Positions 7,825 through 17,133 of a DNA stretch of 64,000 nucleotides are shown here, one piece after another. The position numbers and the translations under genes were made by a program. The stretch is from Giardia intestinalis (Eukaryota). The stretch lies in assembly GCA_000002435.2 (NCBI GenBank), contig CM018792.1; one strand, given 5' to 3'. Numbering within the stretch: position 1 is the stretch's first letter; every line of letters starts with the position of its first letter. The notes below the pieces were generated by a model that saw nothing but the letters and a program-made list of their open reading frames with translations, had not been told where the DNA came from and made no database searches.

Positions 7825-9504
7825 ATGGGAGTCGCTGGATGCTCAGAATGCTCCCACACGGGCACTAGCGGACCGGCCACGTGTACAGAGTGTCAAGCAG
7901 GGTTCGTTACGAAGGACAGTGCATGTGTGAAGTGCGGAGAGGGCTGCTCTGCCTGCTCAGCTGATACTCCGACTCAGTGTACCGCCTGCGTTGAGGGGAA
8001 GTTCCTGAAGGCTGACAAGTGTGTGGATGCTAATCAATGTGACAATGGTAAGTATGCAGACCCAAAAACAGGCCAATGCAAGGCCTGCACGGACACAAGT
8101 GTCAATGAATGTGCTACGTGTGCATACAGCGACACTCTTCAGAAGCCTGTGTGCACTGGGTGTAATAGTGGAGGAAACCTGCTTCTTAAGGTGAACCCCG
8201 ATGGGTCAGCGACGTGTGTTGCGGAGGCAGAGTGCACAAGTGGCAATACGCACTTCCTTGAACAATCTCCAAAAGCTTGTGTTCCATGTGGTGATACTAA
8301 AAATGGTGGGATTCTAGGTTGTGATACCTGCTCCTCTAAAACTACATGTACAAAGTGCCTCGATGGATATTACAATAGTGCAAGTGGTAATACCGCTACA
8401 TGCACAGCCTGTGGTGAGAACTGTGCCACCTGTGCTAAGGATACAAAAGACCAATGCACGACCTGCAAGCAAGGGTACTTCTTGAAGGATAGCTCCTCTG
8501 GTGAGTGCATCTCATGTAGTGATACAGCAAATGGTGGCCGCGATGGGTGCAGTGCATGCTCTAACAGTGGTGGATTCAAATGTACTGACTGTAAGCCTAA
8601 CTATAAGAAACAGCTTAATGGAGATGCAGGGGATGACTATACGTGTACAAAGACCTGTGAAGATGAGACTGCATGCGGGGGGACAGCAGGGGCCTGCGAC
8701 GCCATCGTGGTCGGCAACGACGGCAGCATGCTCTCTTACTGTTCAAAGTGTGTTGGCGCCGGCTATGGCCCCATTAATGGGAAGTGCACCAATGCACTTG
8801 CAGGTAATACCTGCGCCGATGGTGTATGTACGCGGTGCACCAACAACTACTTCCTCTATATGGGTGGCTGTTATAAAGCAACAGAGGTGCCTGGTAGCCT
8901 CATGTGCTCCGAAGCAACAACAGCTGGTGTCTGTACTACTCCCAATGCCAATGATAGGTACTTCGTAGTCCCAGAAGCAAAGGCTACTGATCAGTCTGTA
9001 CTAGCCTGTGGCAACCCCCTAGGCACACTAGTAGACCCTCAAGGTACTGCTAAGGCATACGTGGGGGTGGATGGCTGCTCACAGTGCACAGCCCCAGCAG
9101 CTCTGTCTGATGGTGGTATGGCTGCTGCTATATGCACTTCTTGTGACAATAGTAAGAAGCCCAACAAGGATGGCAGTGGGTGCTTCACATGTACCATCGA
9201 TGGATGCTCGCACTGCAATAGAGACAACATGTGCGAGGCATGTAGTGATGGTAAGAAGGTGAGCCCTGGGAGGAAGTCATGCGTGGATAAGTGTCCCAGC
9301 AACTCCACTGACACCGACTCTGTCTGTGTGTGCAACGATGGATACAGCCCTGACAGCAGTGGGACCTCCTGTGCGTCCTCTGGCACCAACAGGAGCGGGC
9401 TCTCCACGGGGGCCATCGCGGGGATCTCCGTCGCTGTGGTCGTTGTTGTAGGAGGCCTCGTGGGCTTCCTCTGCTGGTGGTTTATTTGCCGCGGTAAGGC
9501 GTAG
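7825..9504 (+). CDS. VSP unit 5 (559 aa from the first in-frame ATG; the open frame homologous to the other units starts at 7681); diverged, with a replaced membrane-proximal module
   Basis: The frame is open from 7681 (WSDICTAASNGVCTTCK..., parallel to WSVICTAASDGVCTACN in units 1-4) after TAG at 7678-7680. There is no signal peptide. The C-terminal region CFTCTIDGCSHCNRDNMCEAC...VCVCNDGYSPDSSGTSC replaces the module of units 1-4 but keeps the TM plus CRGKA tail. Confidence 0.8.
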   Translation: MGVAGCSECSHTGTSGPATCTECQAGFVTKDSACVKCGEGCSACSADTPTQCTACVEGKFLKADKCVDANQCDNGKYADPKTGQCKACTDTSVNECATCAYSDTLQKPVCTGCNSGGNLLLKVNPDGSATCVAEAECTSGNTHFLEQSPKACVPCGDTKNGGILGCDTCSSKTTCTKCLDGYYNSASGNTATCTACGENCATCAKDTKDQCTTCKQGYFLKDSSSGECISCSDTANGGRDGCSACSNSGGFKCTDCKPNYKKQLNGDAGDDYTCTKTCEDETACGGTAGACDAIVVGNDGSMLSYCSKCVGAGYGPINGKCTNALAGNTCADGVCTRCTNNYFLYMGGCYKATEVPGSLMCSEATTAGVCTTPNANDRYFVVPEAKATDQSVLACGNPLGTLVDPQGTAKAYVGVDGCSQCTAPAALSDGGMAAAICTSCDNSKKPNKDGSGCFTCTIDGCSHCNRDNMCEACSDGKKVSPGRKSCVDKCPSNSTDTDSVCVCNDGYSPDSSGTSCASSGTNRSGLSTGAIAGISVAVVVVVGGLVGFLCWWFICRGKA

Positions 9505-9516
9505 ATCTAAACATAA

Positions 9517-9531
9517 ACTTAGGTAGTAAAT
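9517..9531 (+). terminator. VSP extended polyadenylation signal (unit 5), 13 nt after the TAG stop
   Basis: tagatctaaacataaACTTAGGTAGTAAAT. Confidence 0.75.
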
Positions 9532-9795
9532 TGTCATAGATGAGTCCTGCTCAGTGACCATCTTCGTGGGTCTGGGTACAAGTGCTCCTCGGTGTGTAAC
9601 GGACTTCACGGGCAACAAGGAGCAAGGAATGATTGTGCATTCTCGCTAGCGGCTTTCGTATCCGTGCATGCGTTATAAGTTATTATTCTGGCCTCCCACG
9701 TCTTGACCCCTGCAGGACCTCTGCATGTGGGTATGATGCACGGTAGAAGAGAGTAGCAACGAATACAAAGGGCAGCAGAGAGCGCCGGGCCTCGG

Positions 9796-12360
9796 ATGAC
9801 AGGCTGGGTGTGGCCAATGGAATCATTCGCTAAGACAGATAAAGTTATAGTAAAAAAATCCCAGATGACGCAGAATTGGCGTCCGCAGAGTAGGCTCCAG
9901 ACCATGACGTTTGCCGGCACGGCTCGCCCTATGACTTCCATGACTGCAGCTGGCTTTACAAAGAATCCTTTGGCAACAGCAGGGGTAGCGAGTATTTTTG
10001 ACAAACTCCCACCAGAACCCCCGAAGGATTCTCCAGAACAGAAGGCCGATCAAATGGAGATCAATATTTTTAAGCTGCTTCGCGACGGAATGAGTGCTGC
10101 CAGTTGTAAAGACTATGTTACTGCTTTGGGCAGAATTCGTGAGGCGATCAAGTTGGAGCAAAAGGTATCACAGCACAGAACCATGAACGGGCTTGCTGAT
10201 AGCATTAACTTGGATTTGCGTACGTGTATATGGATGCATTGGGCTCAAATTCAGGCTCTTGGCGGGCAGCCGGAAATGGCTCTTTCGACGTATGAGAAGA
10301 TTGTCAAGACAGCGGAAGGCGCAACTCTCGCCCAGATACGGTTCAACATGGGAAACATAAATCACAACCTTGGAAAGTATAACGAAGCATTGAAGAATTT
10401 CAGAATGGCTATCGATCAGGCTTCCCCCAGCCTACCCCGCTTTAGACAAAAGATAGCGAGCCACATGGCTCAATCATGCATTAAGTTACACAGATGGCAG
10501 GACGCAGTAGATCGTATCGAGGAGTATCTCATAAAGCAGTACACATTGGCCAGTTCGGTGGGTACTGACGTCGAAAGACAGAACTTCTATGCGATGACGA
10601 CCCGCTTTGATCCGTTATACACAGTGTTAATAGGATACTATGCCCTAGGTGTTCCAGAGAAGATGATCGATGCTTATTCTCGCTTAATAGACTCTAGTAT
10701 TCTCATTAGCGACCACCCAGACAGTCTCGAGATTGATGACCATCACAACGGGATCAGTAGTAAGCAGATAGCAATGGCAGATGCTGAGCTGTGCAATATG
10801 AGCAATGACGACGAGCTGGATGATTTGAGCCGCTACAACGCGACGCTTCGACACGAGCATACAAACAAGCTTCTAATCAGTGCACGCCTGCTCGCACCAG
10901 CTATCGCATGGGAAGAGTCCCAGGGCTACGCGAAGCTCAGCGATATTCTCCGGGAGAAGGGTCACCATGGCATCTCTCTGCAAGTCCAAATGTCGATGGC
11001 GCTAACACTTCTCAAGAGGAATGAGTTTGAGAAAGCCACAGATATCATGCTTCGCATTGATCGCGAAGGACTCGAAAGCGCCCTTGCTCTGGGGATCAAC
11101 GTGCCGCTGTCTATTTTGCAGAAGACACGTAACCTTTCTCTCACTGCAGCTGCGACGGCTGTGACTAACCAGGAAAGTGATCTGCACTTGCTCGGAATAG
11201 ACCCCAGTGTTCTGGCAAATCAACAATCCGTCGTCGATAGGGATGCAGTTGCCAGCCGCGGGGCACCCGAAGTGGACATGTTAAAAACTGACGATGATAA
11301 TGGGACCAAAAAGCAGCCATACGCAGCGTTTGTGCCCAGAGGGGTCCATACTAACATCGCCTTTATTTACTACCTCAAGGGAGACTATGAGGCGAGCGCA
11401 AGGCACGCCCAGATTGCTCTAGAAATAGACCCCTACGATTCCTTTGCCCACATTAATCTTGGATGTACCTACAGTAAGACTAACCAGTGGGAGCTCTCTC
11501 TGCGTGAATTCCTCAAGGCTCAGGAGATCAATATGGAGTCCGTTCAAGCTACTTACAACGCAGGGCTGGTTTACTTCAAGCAACAAGAATACAAAACAGC
11601 ATACTCCTGCTTCCAGAAGGTTGCCAGCAAACTTCCAAGCTATGGAGATGCTATTTACATGAGCGCAGACTGCCTTGCCAGAATGTCACAAATCGACGAG
11701 GCAATCCAAATGCTCAGCAACTTGGTTACAATGTTTTCAGCAGTCAAAGCCTATGACCCCAGTATTTACATAAGACTGGGCGAGCTTTACTCAATAGCCG
11801 GCGACGAGGGACAAGCTGCACACTATTTCAAAGAGGCGCACAGGCTTGTACCCTTCAGTCTGGCAGTTATTAACTGGCTGGGGTCGCACTATATCAAGAA
11901 TGAGCTGTATGAACAGGCGCGCGTGTGCTTTGAGAAGGCTAGCAGAGTTGACACGACGACGCCCAAATGGTCTCTTGCCGTTGCCGCTTGTTTGCGGAAG
12001 TCAAAGCAATATAGGGATGCAATCTACGAGTACAAACATATTCTTAAGAGATTTCCAACCAACACCACTGCCATGACCCACTTGATCTCTTCACTAAACA
12101 ACATTGGACAGCACAAAGAAGCAGATGAGTGGGCAGAAAAGCTCACTAAGCTAACTAACAATAAGGTACCAGAGGTAACGGAAGACCGAGAACTCGATGA
12201 ATTTGTCAAGCAGGAGAGAAGGAACTCAGTGGCTGCCGTTGGACCTGGATCAAGAGCAGGTCAGGATCGATTCGAGGCAAGCAATAATAGAGTAAGTTCT
12301 AATACCGGAGATCTGTTCGGGGATGTGGATATCGCCGAAGAGCTTCTCACAGAAAACTGA
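9796..12360 (+). CDS. IFT88: Intraflagellar transport protein 88 (IFT88/Tg737/polaris), TPR-repeat protein
   Basis: Blocks colinear with metazoan IFT88: RPMTSMTAAGFTK, KDSPEQK, NINLDL, MGNI...FRMAIDQ, and the C-terminal NWLG.HYI...KWSLAVAAC...KRFP...AEKLTKL. An alternative start at ATG 9865 (MTQNWRPQ) has the better AT-rich upstream (gtaaaaaaatcccagATG). Confidence 0.85.
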   Translation: MTGWVWPMESFAKTDKVIVKKSQMTQNWRPQSRLQTMTFAGTARPMTSMTAAGFTKNPLATAGVASIFDKLPPEPPKDSPEQKADQMEINIFKLLRDGMSAASCKDYVTALGRIREAIKLEQKVSQHRTMNGLADSINLDLRTCIWMHWAQIQALGGQPEMALSTYEKIVKTAEGATLAQIRFNMGNINHNLGKYNEALKNFRMAIDQASPSLPRFRQKIASHMAQSCIKLHRWQDAVDRIEEYLIKQYTLASSVGTDVERQNFYAMTTRFDPLYTVLIGYYALGVPEKMIDAYSRLIDSSILISDHPDSLEIDDHHNGISSKQIAMADAELCNMSNDDELDDLSRYNATLRHEHTNKLLISARLLAPAIAWEESQGYAKLSDILREKGHHGISLQVQMSMALTLLKRNEFEKATDIMLRIDREGLESALALGINVPLSILQKTRNLSLTAAATAVTNQESDLHLLGIDPSVLANQQSVVDRDAVASRGAPEVDMLKTDDDNGTKKQPYAAFVPRGVHTNIAFIYYLKGDYEASARHAQIALEIDPYDSFAHINLGCTYSKTNQWELSLREFLKAQEINMESVQATYNAGLVYFKQQEYKTAYSCFQKVASKLPSYGDAIYMSADCLARMSQIDEAIQMLSNLVTMFSAVKAYDPSIYIRLGELYSIAGDEGQAAHYFKEAHRLVPFSLAVINWLGSHYIKNELYEQARVCFEKASRVDTTTPKWSLAVAACLRKSKQYRDAIYEYKHILKRFPTNTTAMTHLISSLNNIGQHKEADEWAEKLTKLTNNKVPEVTEDRELDEFVKQERRNSVAAVGPGSRAGQDRFEASNNRVSSNTGDLFGDVDIAEELLTEN

Positions 12361-12394
12361 AGGCAGTGTGCCCGTGCACTTCTCTATTGAACTC

Positions 12395-14512
12395 TCATTC
12401 GTCAAAAACATGTAGGTCAGCAGAGAAGAATCCGCCCTGCTTGTGTAAACGAGGGCCACATGAGCTATTATCATCGGATTGAAGTGGGGGAGGGAGGCCG
12501 TTCTCACAAGGTTTAACGGACTCCGGATTGGTCGATCCAGACGATTCCAGAATAAGGCCGTTGACATCATTGTGAAAAGACCCAGGGCATGAGTACGCTA
12601 GAGGGGACGATAGAATCTCGGTTGAGGCTTTGGATGAAATAGTAGGGCAGTTTCTGGTCTCTCGTTCTGACGTTTCTAGTAAAGAAAATATATTGTCTGG
12701 TTTCCGGCCCGAGCTAGGATCTTTTTTCGGTGATACTGAACATGCCGTGAATAACTCGTTGCTAAGAGCACTATGATTATGTAGCTGAGTAGTTTGGAAG
12801 CACTCATCAACAACCGCTGCAAGCTTATCCCTTGCAGTGTGAGATACTACAGTGTTGTGTGTAATTGTTTCAGATGTAAATGCGTCATACTTAAAAGCGG
12901 TGATCATTTTCGCATGAGGATCATGCGTTGCTTGCTGGTCAGATGAAGGATTTGAAAAGGCCTTTCGGAAGGATAATATATTTATGGGATCCGTATATAA
13001 ATTAGATGAACTTTGGACAGATCCATTGAGTAGCTGTAGTCCGTCAGCAGAGGCTAGAGAAACAGTGGTGCTACACGGGAAAGACATGTCTGACACTGGC
13101 TTTCTCAGCGCCGATCGTGCAGCAGCATAGTGCAACCGCTGAAGAGATCGAAAGCACCTGTCTATATACCCTTCGTCAAAGTAGTCAAGCTGATGTCTAT
13201 ACAGTACAGTGCAGAGGTCTGCTGCATTACTTGGGGATGTGCTATCGTCTGTGGACCGCTTCCTCAGGTCGTTTTGGGCCTCTTTTAGTGTTTGGTATTG
13301 TAGTGCAAGGGGAACTGGAAGATTAGAGCGATCAGAGCGTGGCTTGCGCGACGTGGATGGCGGACATTCTGGAGAGCTATTATCTATTGATCTTGTAAAG
13401 GGCAACGGATGAAGGATGCCGGTACACGCTAGACACGCTTCAAAGGGGGTAAACGGCGCGCCGTAACACCATTGATTGAGAAACTTGATGAGTTGCCCAT
13501 CTTCCTCATTGAAAGGGTGAAACGGAACCACCTCGAAGGAGAGAGGATCGAAGACATGATGGTACCTAAATGTCAAGTACGCTTGTAGAATTAAGTGAAC
13601 GTACTCATCAAAGGACTCCACATCTCCTGGAAGCTTTTTGTGGTGGCCATAGCGCAAGATCTGCGCCGCTGACACTATCCCATCCGTTTTTCCCACAGTA
13701 TTCACGCTCGTTATCAAGCCTACTCCCACCAGACTTGGGGTATAATCACATCCACTGAGAATACAGGCCTGCTGAAAGCGTAGATGCCTGGCGAGAACAG
13801 TGCCAGTAGCAATTCTATTTGGCTCCGTGTTGTCGACCAAAGCAGCAACCCGTGAAGAGACCTTAGGTGTATTAAGGGATTCAAAGCCGTTTAGATAAAG
13901 ATCGTCTATGGTAGACAGGAAACCTGTACCTGTGCGCCAGTTGTACTTGTACAATGCCTTCCTAGGACCATAAAGCAAAATGTCTGAGTCGTTAGTGACA
14001 ATGACGTCCCCCATGCCAAGTTTCTGCAAGTAGGCCACTTGAGCGTCTGCCTCATAAGGAGCGATCAGCACTGCAAAGTTGTCGTGCTTCTCGAGCCGTT
14101 TGAAGACACCATTGGCGATTCGTGACACCTGCAGATTACTAAATGAAATTGCTTTTTTGAGGGCGTTTTCAGCCTCTTCTGAGTCACCTGCTGAGGAATA
14201 GGCCTCTGCAAGTGCAAGACTCGCGTCTCTGGCCTGCTTTCTCCGAGAGTTAGTGAAGGTCTTACTGGGGAGGGAACCTCCATCAAACACAAGGGTAACG
14301 AACGTTGCAGATGGCAAGATGGATCCTACAAGCTGAACCATCACATCTATAACTCCGCTAATGTTATTTTTCAGAACTAACGCCTTTGGGTCTAATATTG
14401 CTGCCGCATGTAGAAAGCAGTGTCCGTCGATAACGAAGGAACTTCCGCGTAGCTGCGTGATTTTAATCCATTGTGCTCTCCGTATAGCGGTTAAGAGACC
14501 AGATATCCCCAT
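12395..14512 (-). CDS. EXO1: Exonuclease 1 (XPG/Rad2-family 5'-3' nuclease; XPG-N and XPG-I domains)
   Basis: N-terminal MGISGLL; LVFDGGSLPSK, APYEADAQVAYL and VTNDSDILLYG match EXO1 motifs (LVFDGCTLPSK, APYEADAQLAYL, ITEDSDLLAFG). Confidence 0.8.
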   Translation of the reverse strand: MGISGLLTAIRRAQWIKITQLRGSSFVIDGHCFLHAAAILDPKALVLKNNISGVIDVMVQLVGSILPSATFVTLVFDGGSLPSKTFTNSRRKQARDASLALAEAYSSAGDSEEAENALKKAISFSNLQVSRIANGVFKRLEKHDNFAVLIAPYEADAQVAYLQKLGMGDVIVTNDSDILLYGPRKALYKYNWRTGTGFLSTIDDLYLNGFESLNTPKVSSRVAALVDNTEPNRIATGTVLARHLRFQQACILSGCDYTPSLVGVGLITSVNTVGKTDGIVSAAQILRYGHHKKLPGDVESFDEYVHLILQAYLTFRYHHVFDPLSFEVVPFHPFNEEDGQLIKFLNQWCYGAPFTPFEACLACTGILHPLPFTRSIDNSSPECPPSTSRKPRSDRSNLPVPLALQYQTLKEAQNDLRKRSTDDSTSPSNAADLCTVLYRHQLDYFDEGYIDRCFRSLQRLHYAAARSALRKPVSDMSFPCSTTVSLASADGLQLLNGSVQSSSNLYTDPINILSFRKAFSNPSSDQQATHDPHAKMITAFKYDAFTSETITHNTVVSHTARDKLAAVVDECFQTTQLHNHSALSNELFTACSVSPKKDPSSGRKPDNIFSLLETSERETRNCPTISSKASTEILSSPLAYSCPGSFHNDVNGLILESSGSTNPESVKPCENGLPPPLQSDDNSSCGPRLHKQGGFFSADLHVFDE

Positions 14513-14671
14513 CTATTAATGGACGATGTGCAGAACGTTTTTTAATTGGATTAGCAAATGTAAAAGAAGTGTCTAGAGTCTAGGGCACGTATGACGCACT
14601 CGACGACTACACATGAACCACTCCCATCCACGCCCTGAGAAGTGGTACTGCAAAGTCGATAATAGCAAAGG

Positions 14672-16489
14672 CTAGATGATCTGACTTTCCTTGGCCTTTC
14701 GTTTCTTTTCGGCCCTCTGTTGCTTACGCTTTTCACGCCGCTGTTGCTGCAGCTTTAGTTCCTCATCAGCAGGCATGGGGTTCTTTCTGAACCGTGAAAA
14801 AAGAACTGAAGCGCTTGTGGCCCCGGCGATGAGAGCAAACCCAACAAAGCATCCAGTGGCGACGTTAATCCCTGTACGATCGGCCTTATAATAGTTGCTT
14901 GCTACAAGCTCTGAGTCAGCCAGGAACCCGATGGCGATGAGTCGGTTTGCCTTGATCAGATTCCGCACGGTGGCCAGGTCGGCGAGACACGAGGACCCCT
15001 GGGTCTTCCGCACCCAGTTATCGCATGTCATGATCTGCGGCTCGCTGAGGTTGAGGTGTGTTAATTTGCGTGAAAACGTTGCTATTTCCGTCAAGCTCCG
15101 CTGTTCAACGTTTGAGTACTCGTTTCGATACAGGATAACCTTCATTGGGATCTTCTGCCCGGCTGGAATGGAGCTGATTTGAGCCTCTACCTCCTCACAG
15201 TTTCCTTGTGTAGTCAGCTCAAACTCTAGCCTGATATTGTCGGTTCCTATGTAGAAGCTAATTGCGCTCCAGCACATGATAACATACTTGGTCACAGGGA
15301 CTGTCATTGCGTTGAGGAGCTCGTTAAACTGGTTGTACATCCGTATACTGAGAGTCGACGTGAGGGTATCTGTTAGTGGGATGAGTTGATTGATAGTATC
15401 AATGCAAGATTGGTTGCTGCAGATGAACCACGTTAGGTAGGACGGAAGAAAATCAAAGTCGTCTAGCTCATGACCACGTGAAAATAAATCATCTCCTTCT
15501 GCTGATTTGATATTGAGAAGAGTGTACCCTACGCTGTACCCAGAGGGGTGCTTGCAGAGGGGGTTATTGGTATCTACCGTAAGCGTGACGGAAAGACGGT
15601 CATTGTAAATAGAAAGAATTGCATCTAAGAAGCAGTCCCTGTATTGAGCTGCCGTCATGTAAGAAGAAGTTAGAGATAGAGAAATAGGAATAACAACGCT
15701 GCTAGTATCCTCTATGGACTCCATGGACAAGGTGAATGTGTTCTGCATTTCGGTAGTAGTCAAGAGGGAGACGACAAAGGCTTGACACTTGGCTCGATCT
15801 GCTTCAGTTGTGATAGAGCTGCAGTTATAGCAGTAGCTATGCACTTTCGTGTGGCTGTAGGGGATCGTGAAGCCAGTATCATCGATAGGAGGATTGACCT
15901 TGGGCGGTACCTGCAGGCTCGTTGCTGTACCATTAACCACGATCTTCAACGTAGCTGTTGCGGCACGGGTAGCCGCCTTTGGAAACAAACAGAAGTTTGG
16001 GACCACATAGAGGCAGACAGAGTAGTCCTTTTCCATCTCGTTGTAGGAGTGTGTGAACTGATAGCTGTTCCAGCAATTTAAATAGTCCAGGTTGACCGTT
16101 CTAATGACTGTTATGGGCTCTGAGATGATTAGAGCGGTGTCCAGCTGACTTGATCGCAGCTCAAGGGTCGCTGACCGTGTCTGGTCGGACAAAACAGAGG
16201 TACAGTTGCTGTTCTTAATTGTGAAGGCAGAACAATTAAAAGTTATACTCTGGTAGGAGAACGGGTTGTACTCTCTGGTAAGGCGGAAACTGCCGCCAGG
16301 AGTGATTACCCCTAAAGTTACCTCTCCAACCAATGATTTGCAGCTTTCATCTCCTCCGGCACTGGGAGGCCATGTTTCAATTTGTATTTCACGATTCTGG
16401 AGCAGGAACGTCAGCGTTGCATTAGGCTTGATGCAGGAGAGCCCGTGATACCCCCTCAGCAATAGCGATAATAAGACTAAACAGATCAT
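14672..16489 (-). CDS. Hypothetical type I membrane protein (N-terminal signal peptide, many N-glycosylation sequons, C-terminal TM plus basic tail)
   Basis: MICLVLLSLLLRGYHG signal peptide; the C-terminal ...GCFVGFALIAGATSASVLF hydrophobic span followed by a KR-rich tail. No family recognised. Confidence 0.55.
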   Translation of the reverse strand: MICLVLLSLLLRGYHGLSCIKPNATLTFLLQNREIQIETWPPSAGGDESCKSLVGEVTLGVITPGGSFRLTREYNPFSYQSITFNCSAFTIKNSNCTSVLSDQTRSATLELRSSQLDTALIISEPITVIRTVNLDYLNCWNSYQFTHSYNEMEKDYSVCLYVVPNFCLFPKAATRAATATLKIVVNGTATSLQVPPKVNPPIDDTGFTIPYSHTKVHSYCYNCSSITTEADRAKCQAFVVSLLTTTEMQNTFTLSMESIEDTSSVVIPISLSLTSSYMTAAQYRDCFLDAILSIYNDRLSVTLTVDTNNPLCKHPSGYSVGYTLLNIKSAEGDDLFSRGHELDDFDFLPSYLTWFICSNQSCIDTINQLIPLTDTLTSTLSIRMYNQFNELLNAMTVPVTKYVIMCWSAISFYIGTDNIRLEFELTTQGNCEEVEAQISSIPAGQKIPMKVILYRNEYSNVEQRSLTEIATFSRKLTHLNLSEPQIMTCDNWVRKTQGSSCLADLATVRNLIKANRLIAIGFLADSELVASNYYKADRTGINVATGCFVGFALIAGATSASVLFSRFRKNPMPADEELKLQQQRREKRKQQRAEKKRKAKESQII

Positions 16490-17112
16490 TTATTCTCGCT
16501 GTCATTTTTTTGAGAGAACAGATTGCTTCGATGCACTTTGTAGAAGGCGCTCTGTGTGAGATTCTTACCTCTATTGACGCCACTTTGTCGATGGTCCTGC
16601 TCTGCAGATATCTCCCTATTGTTATCAACGAGCCCACGCTGGTACGCATCGATGAGGATGTTGTTCTGTACCGGATCATTTCGGAGTACATTATCCATTC
16701 GTGGTCCCTGCCGAAGAACGTAGTATTCGTCCGTATCTGGATTTTCTCTCCCTAGCTCTATCCTATGCTGATAGAGAAACGTATTAAGCTCGGCTAGCTT
16801 TTCACTACTTTTCCTTTCCGCCTCTCGGCACAGGGCGTCAAAGTCAGAGGTTTTCATCAGCTTGGCTATGGAGACGAACGCCTTGAGCTTCTCAGTATAT
16901 TGCGGAGAAAACTCTCTAGTGTGGCTCCTTCGCTCCTTAGAGCCGTCCACATAAATGTCTTCGAGTGAGAGAACGTCTGAGACAATGGAGAGAAACTCCA
17001 GATAGAGCTCCTCCTTGTTGCCAAAATTATGCAGTGACACTATGTCTGGCATTGGGTCTTTGAATCCAGCGTGCCTACATATTCGGTGCAGAATGCATTC
17101 GCTGGGTGGCAT
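16486..17112 (-). CDS. Hypothetical protein (208 aa)
   Basis: Clean ORF with an ATG start. Its stop overlaps the downstream gene start in an ATGA arrangement. Confidence 0.45.
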   Translation of the reverse strand: MPPSECILHRICRHAGFKDPMPDIVSLHNFGNKEELYLEFLSIVSDVLSLEDIYVDGSKERRSHTREFSPQYTEKLKAFVSIAKLMKTSDFDALCREAERKSSEKLAELNTFLYQHRIELGRENPDTDEYYVLRQGPRMDNVLRNDPVQNNILIDAYQRGLVDNNREISAEQDHRQSGVNRGKNLTQSAFYKVHRSNLFSQKNDSENK

Positions 17113-17133
17113 GTGTTTCCTTGATCTAAAAAA
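17113..17133. promoter_or_regulatory. 21-nt bidirectional promoter gap
   Basis: The gap between divergent ATGs at 17112 (-) and 17134 (+) is gtgtttccttgatctaaaaaa. Confidence 0.45.

Larger units (their letters stand above)
1..9504 (+). repeat. Head-to-tail tandem array of VSP gene units (>=6 units; 1834-bp period for the near-identical units 0-3; array continues upstream of the window)
   Basis: Units at 310, 2144 and 3978 are exactly 1834 bp apart. Units 1 and 2 encode identical 588-aa proteins. Window nt 1-242 duplicates 5500-5741. All units are on the + strand and end in ...GFLCWWFVCRGKA followed by the VSP polyA motif. Confidence 0.95.

Noticed and set aside
1-9504. Regular ~1.8-kb periodic repeats, which could be misread as a CRISPR-like or satellite array
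   Set aside because: The period is 1834 bp and each unit is a full protein-coding VSP frame. The genome is eukaryotic, with no short direct repeats or spacers of CRISPR type.
93-9618. Long ORFs on the - strand throughout the VSP array (e.g. 93-524, 1659-2099, 5592-6413, 7455-7880; 143-273 aa)
   Set aside because: They sit exactly antisense to the VSP units and repeat with them. The VSP codon composition (TGY, ACN, GGN, GCN rich) leaves the reverse frames stop-poor. They have no start context and their products are low-complexity (HPLSH repeats), so they are artefacts.
16486-17112. Prokaryote-style operon interpretation of the ATGA-coupled genes and tight spacing
   Set aside because: The gene content (IFT88, E2F, eIF2A, PP2A B'', VSPs, alpha-giardin) and promoter style are unmistakably eukaryotic (Giardia). 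The overlaps reflect genome compaction, not translational coupling.
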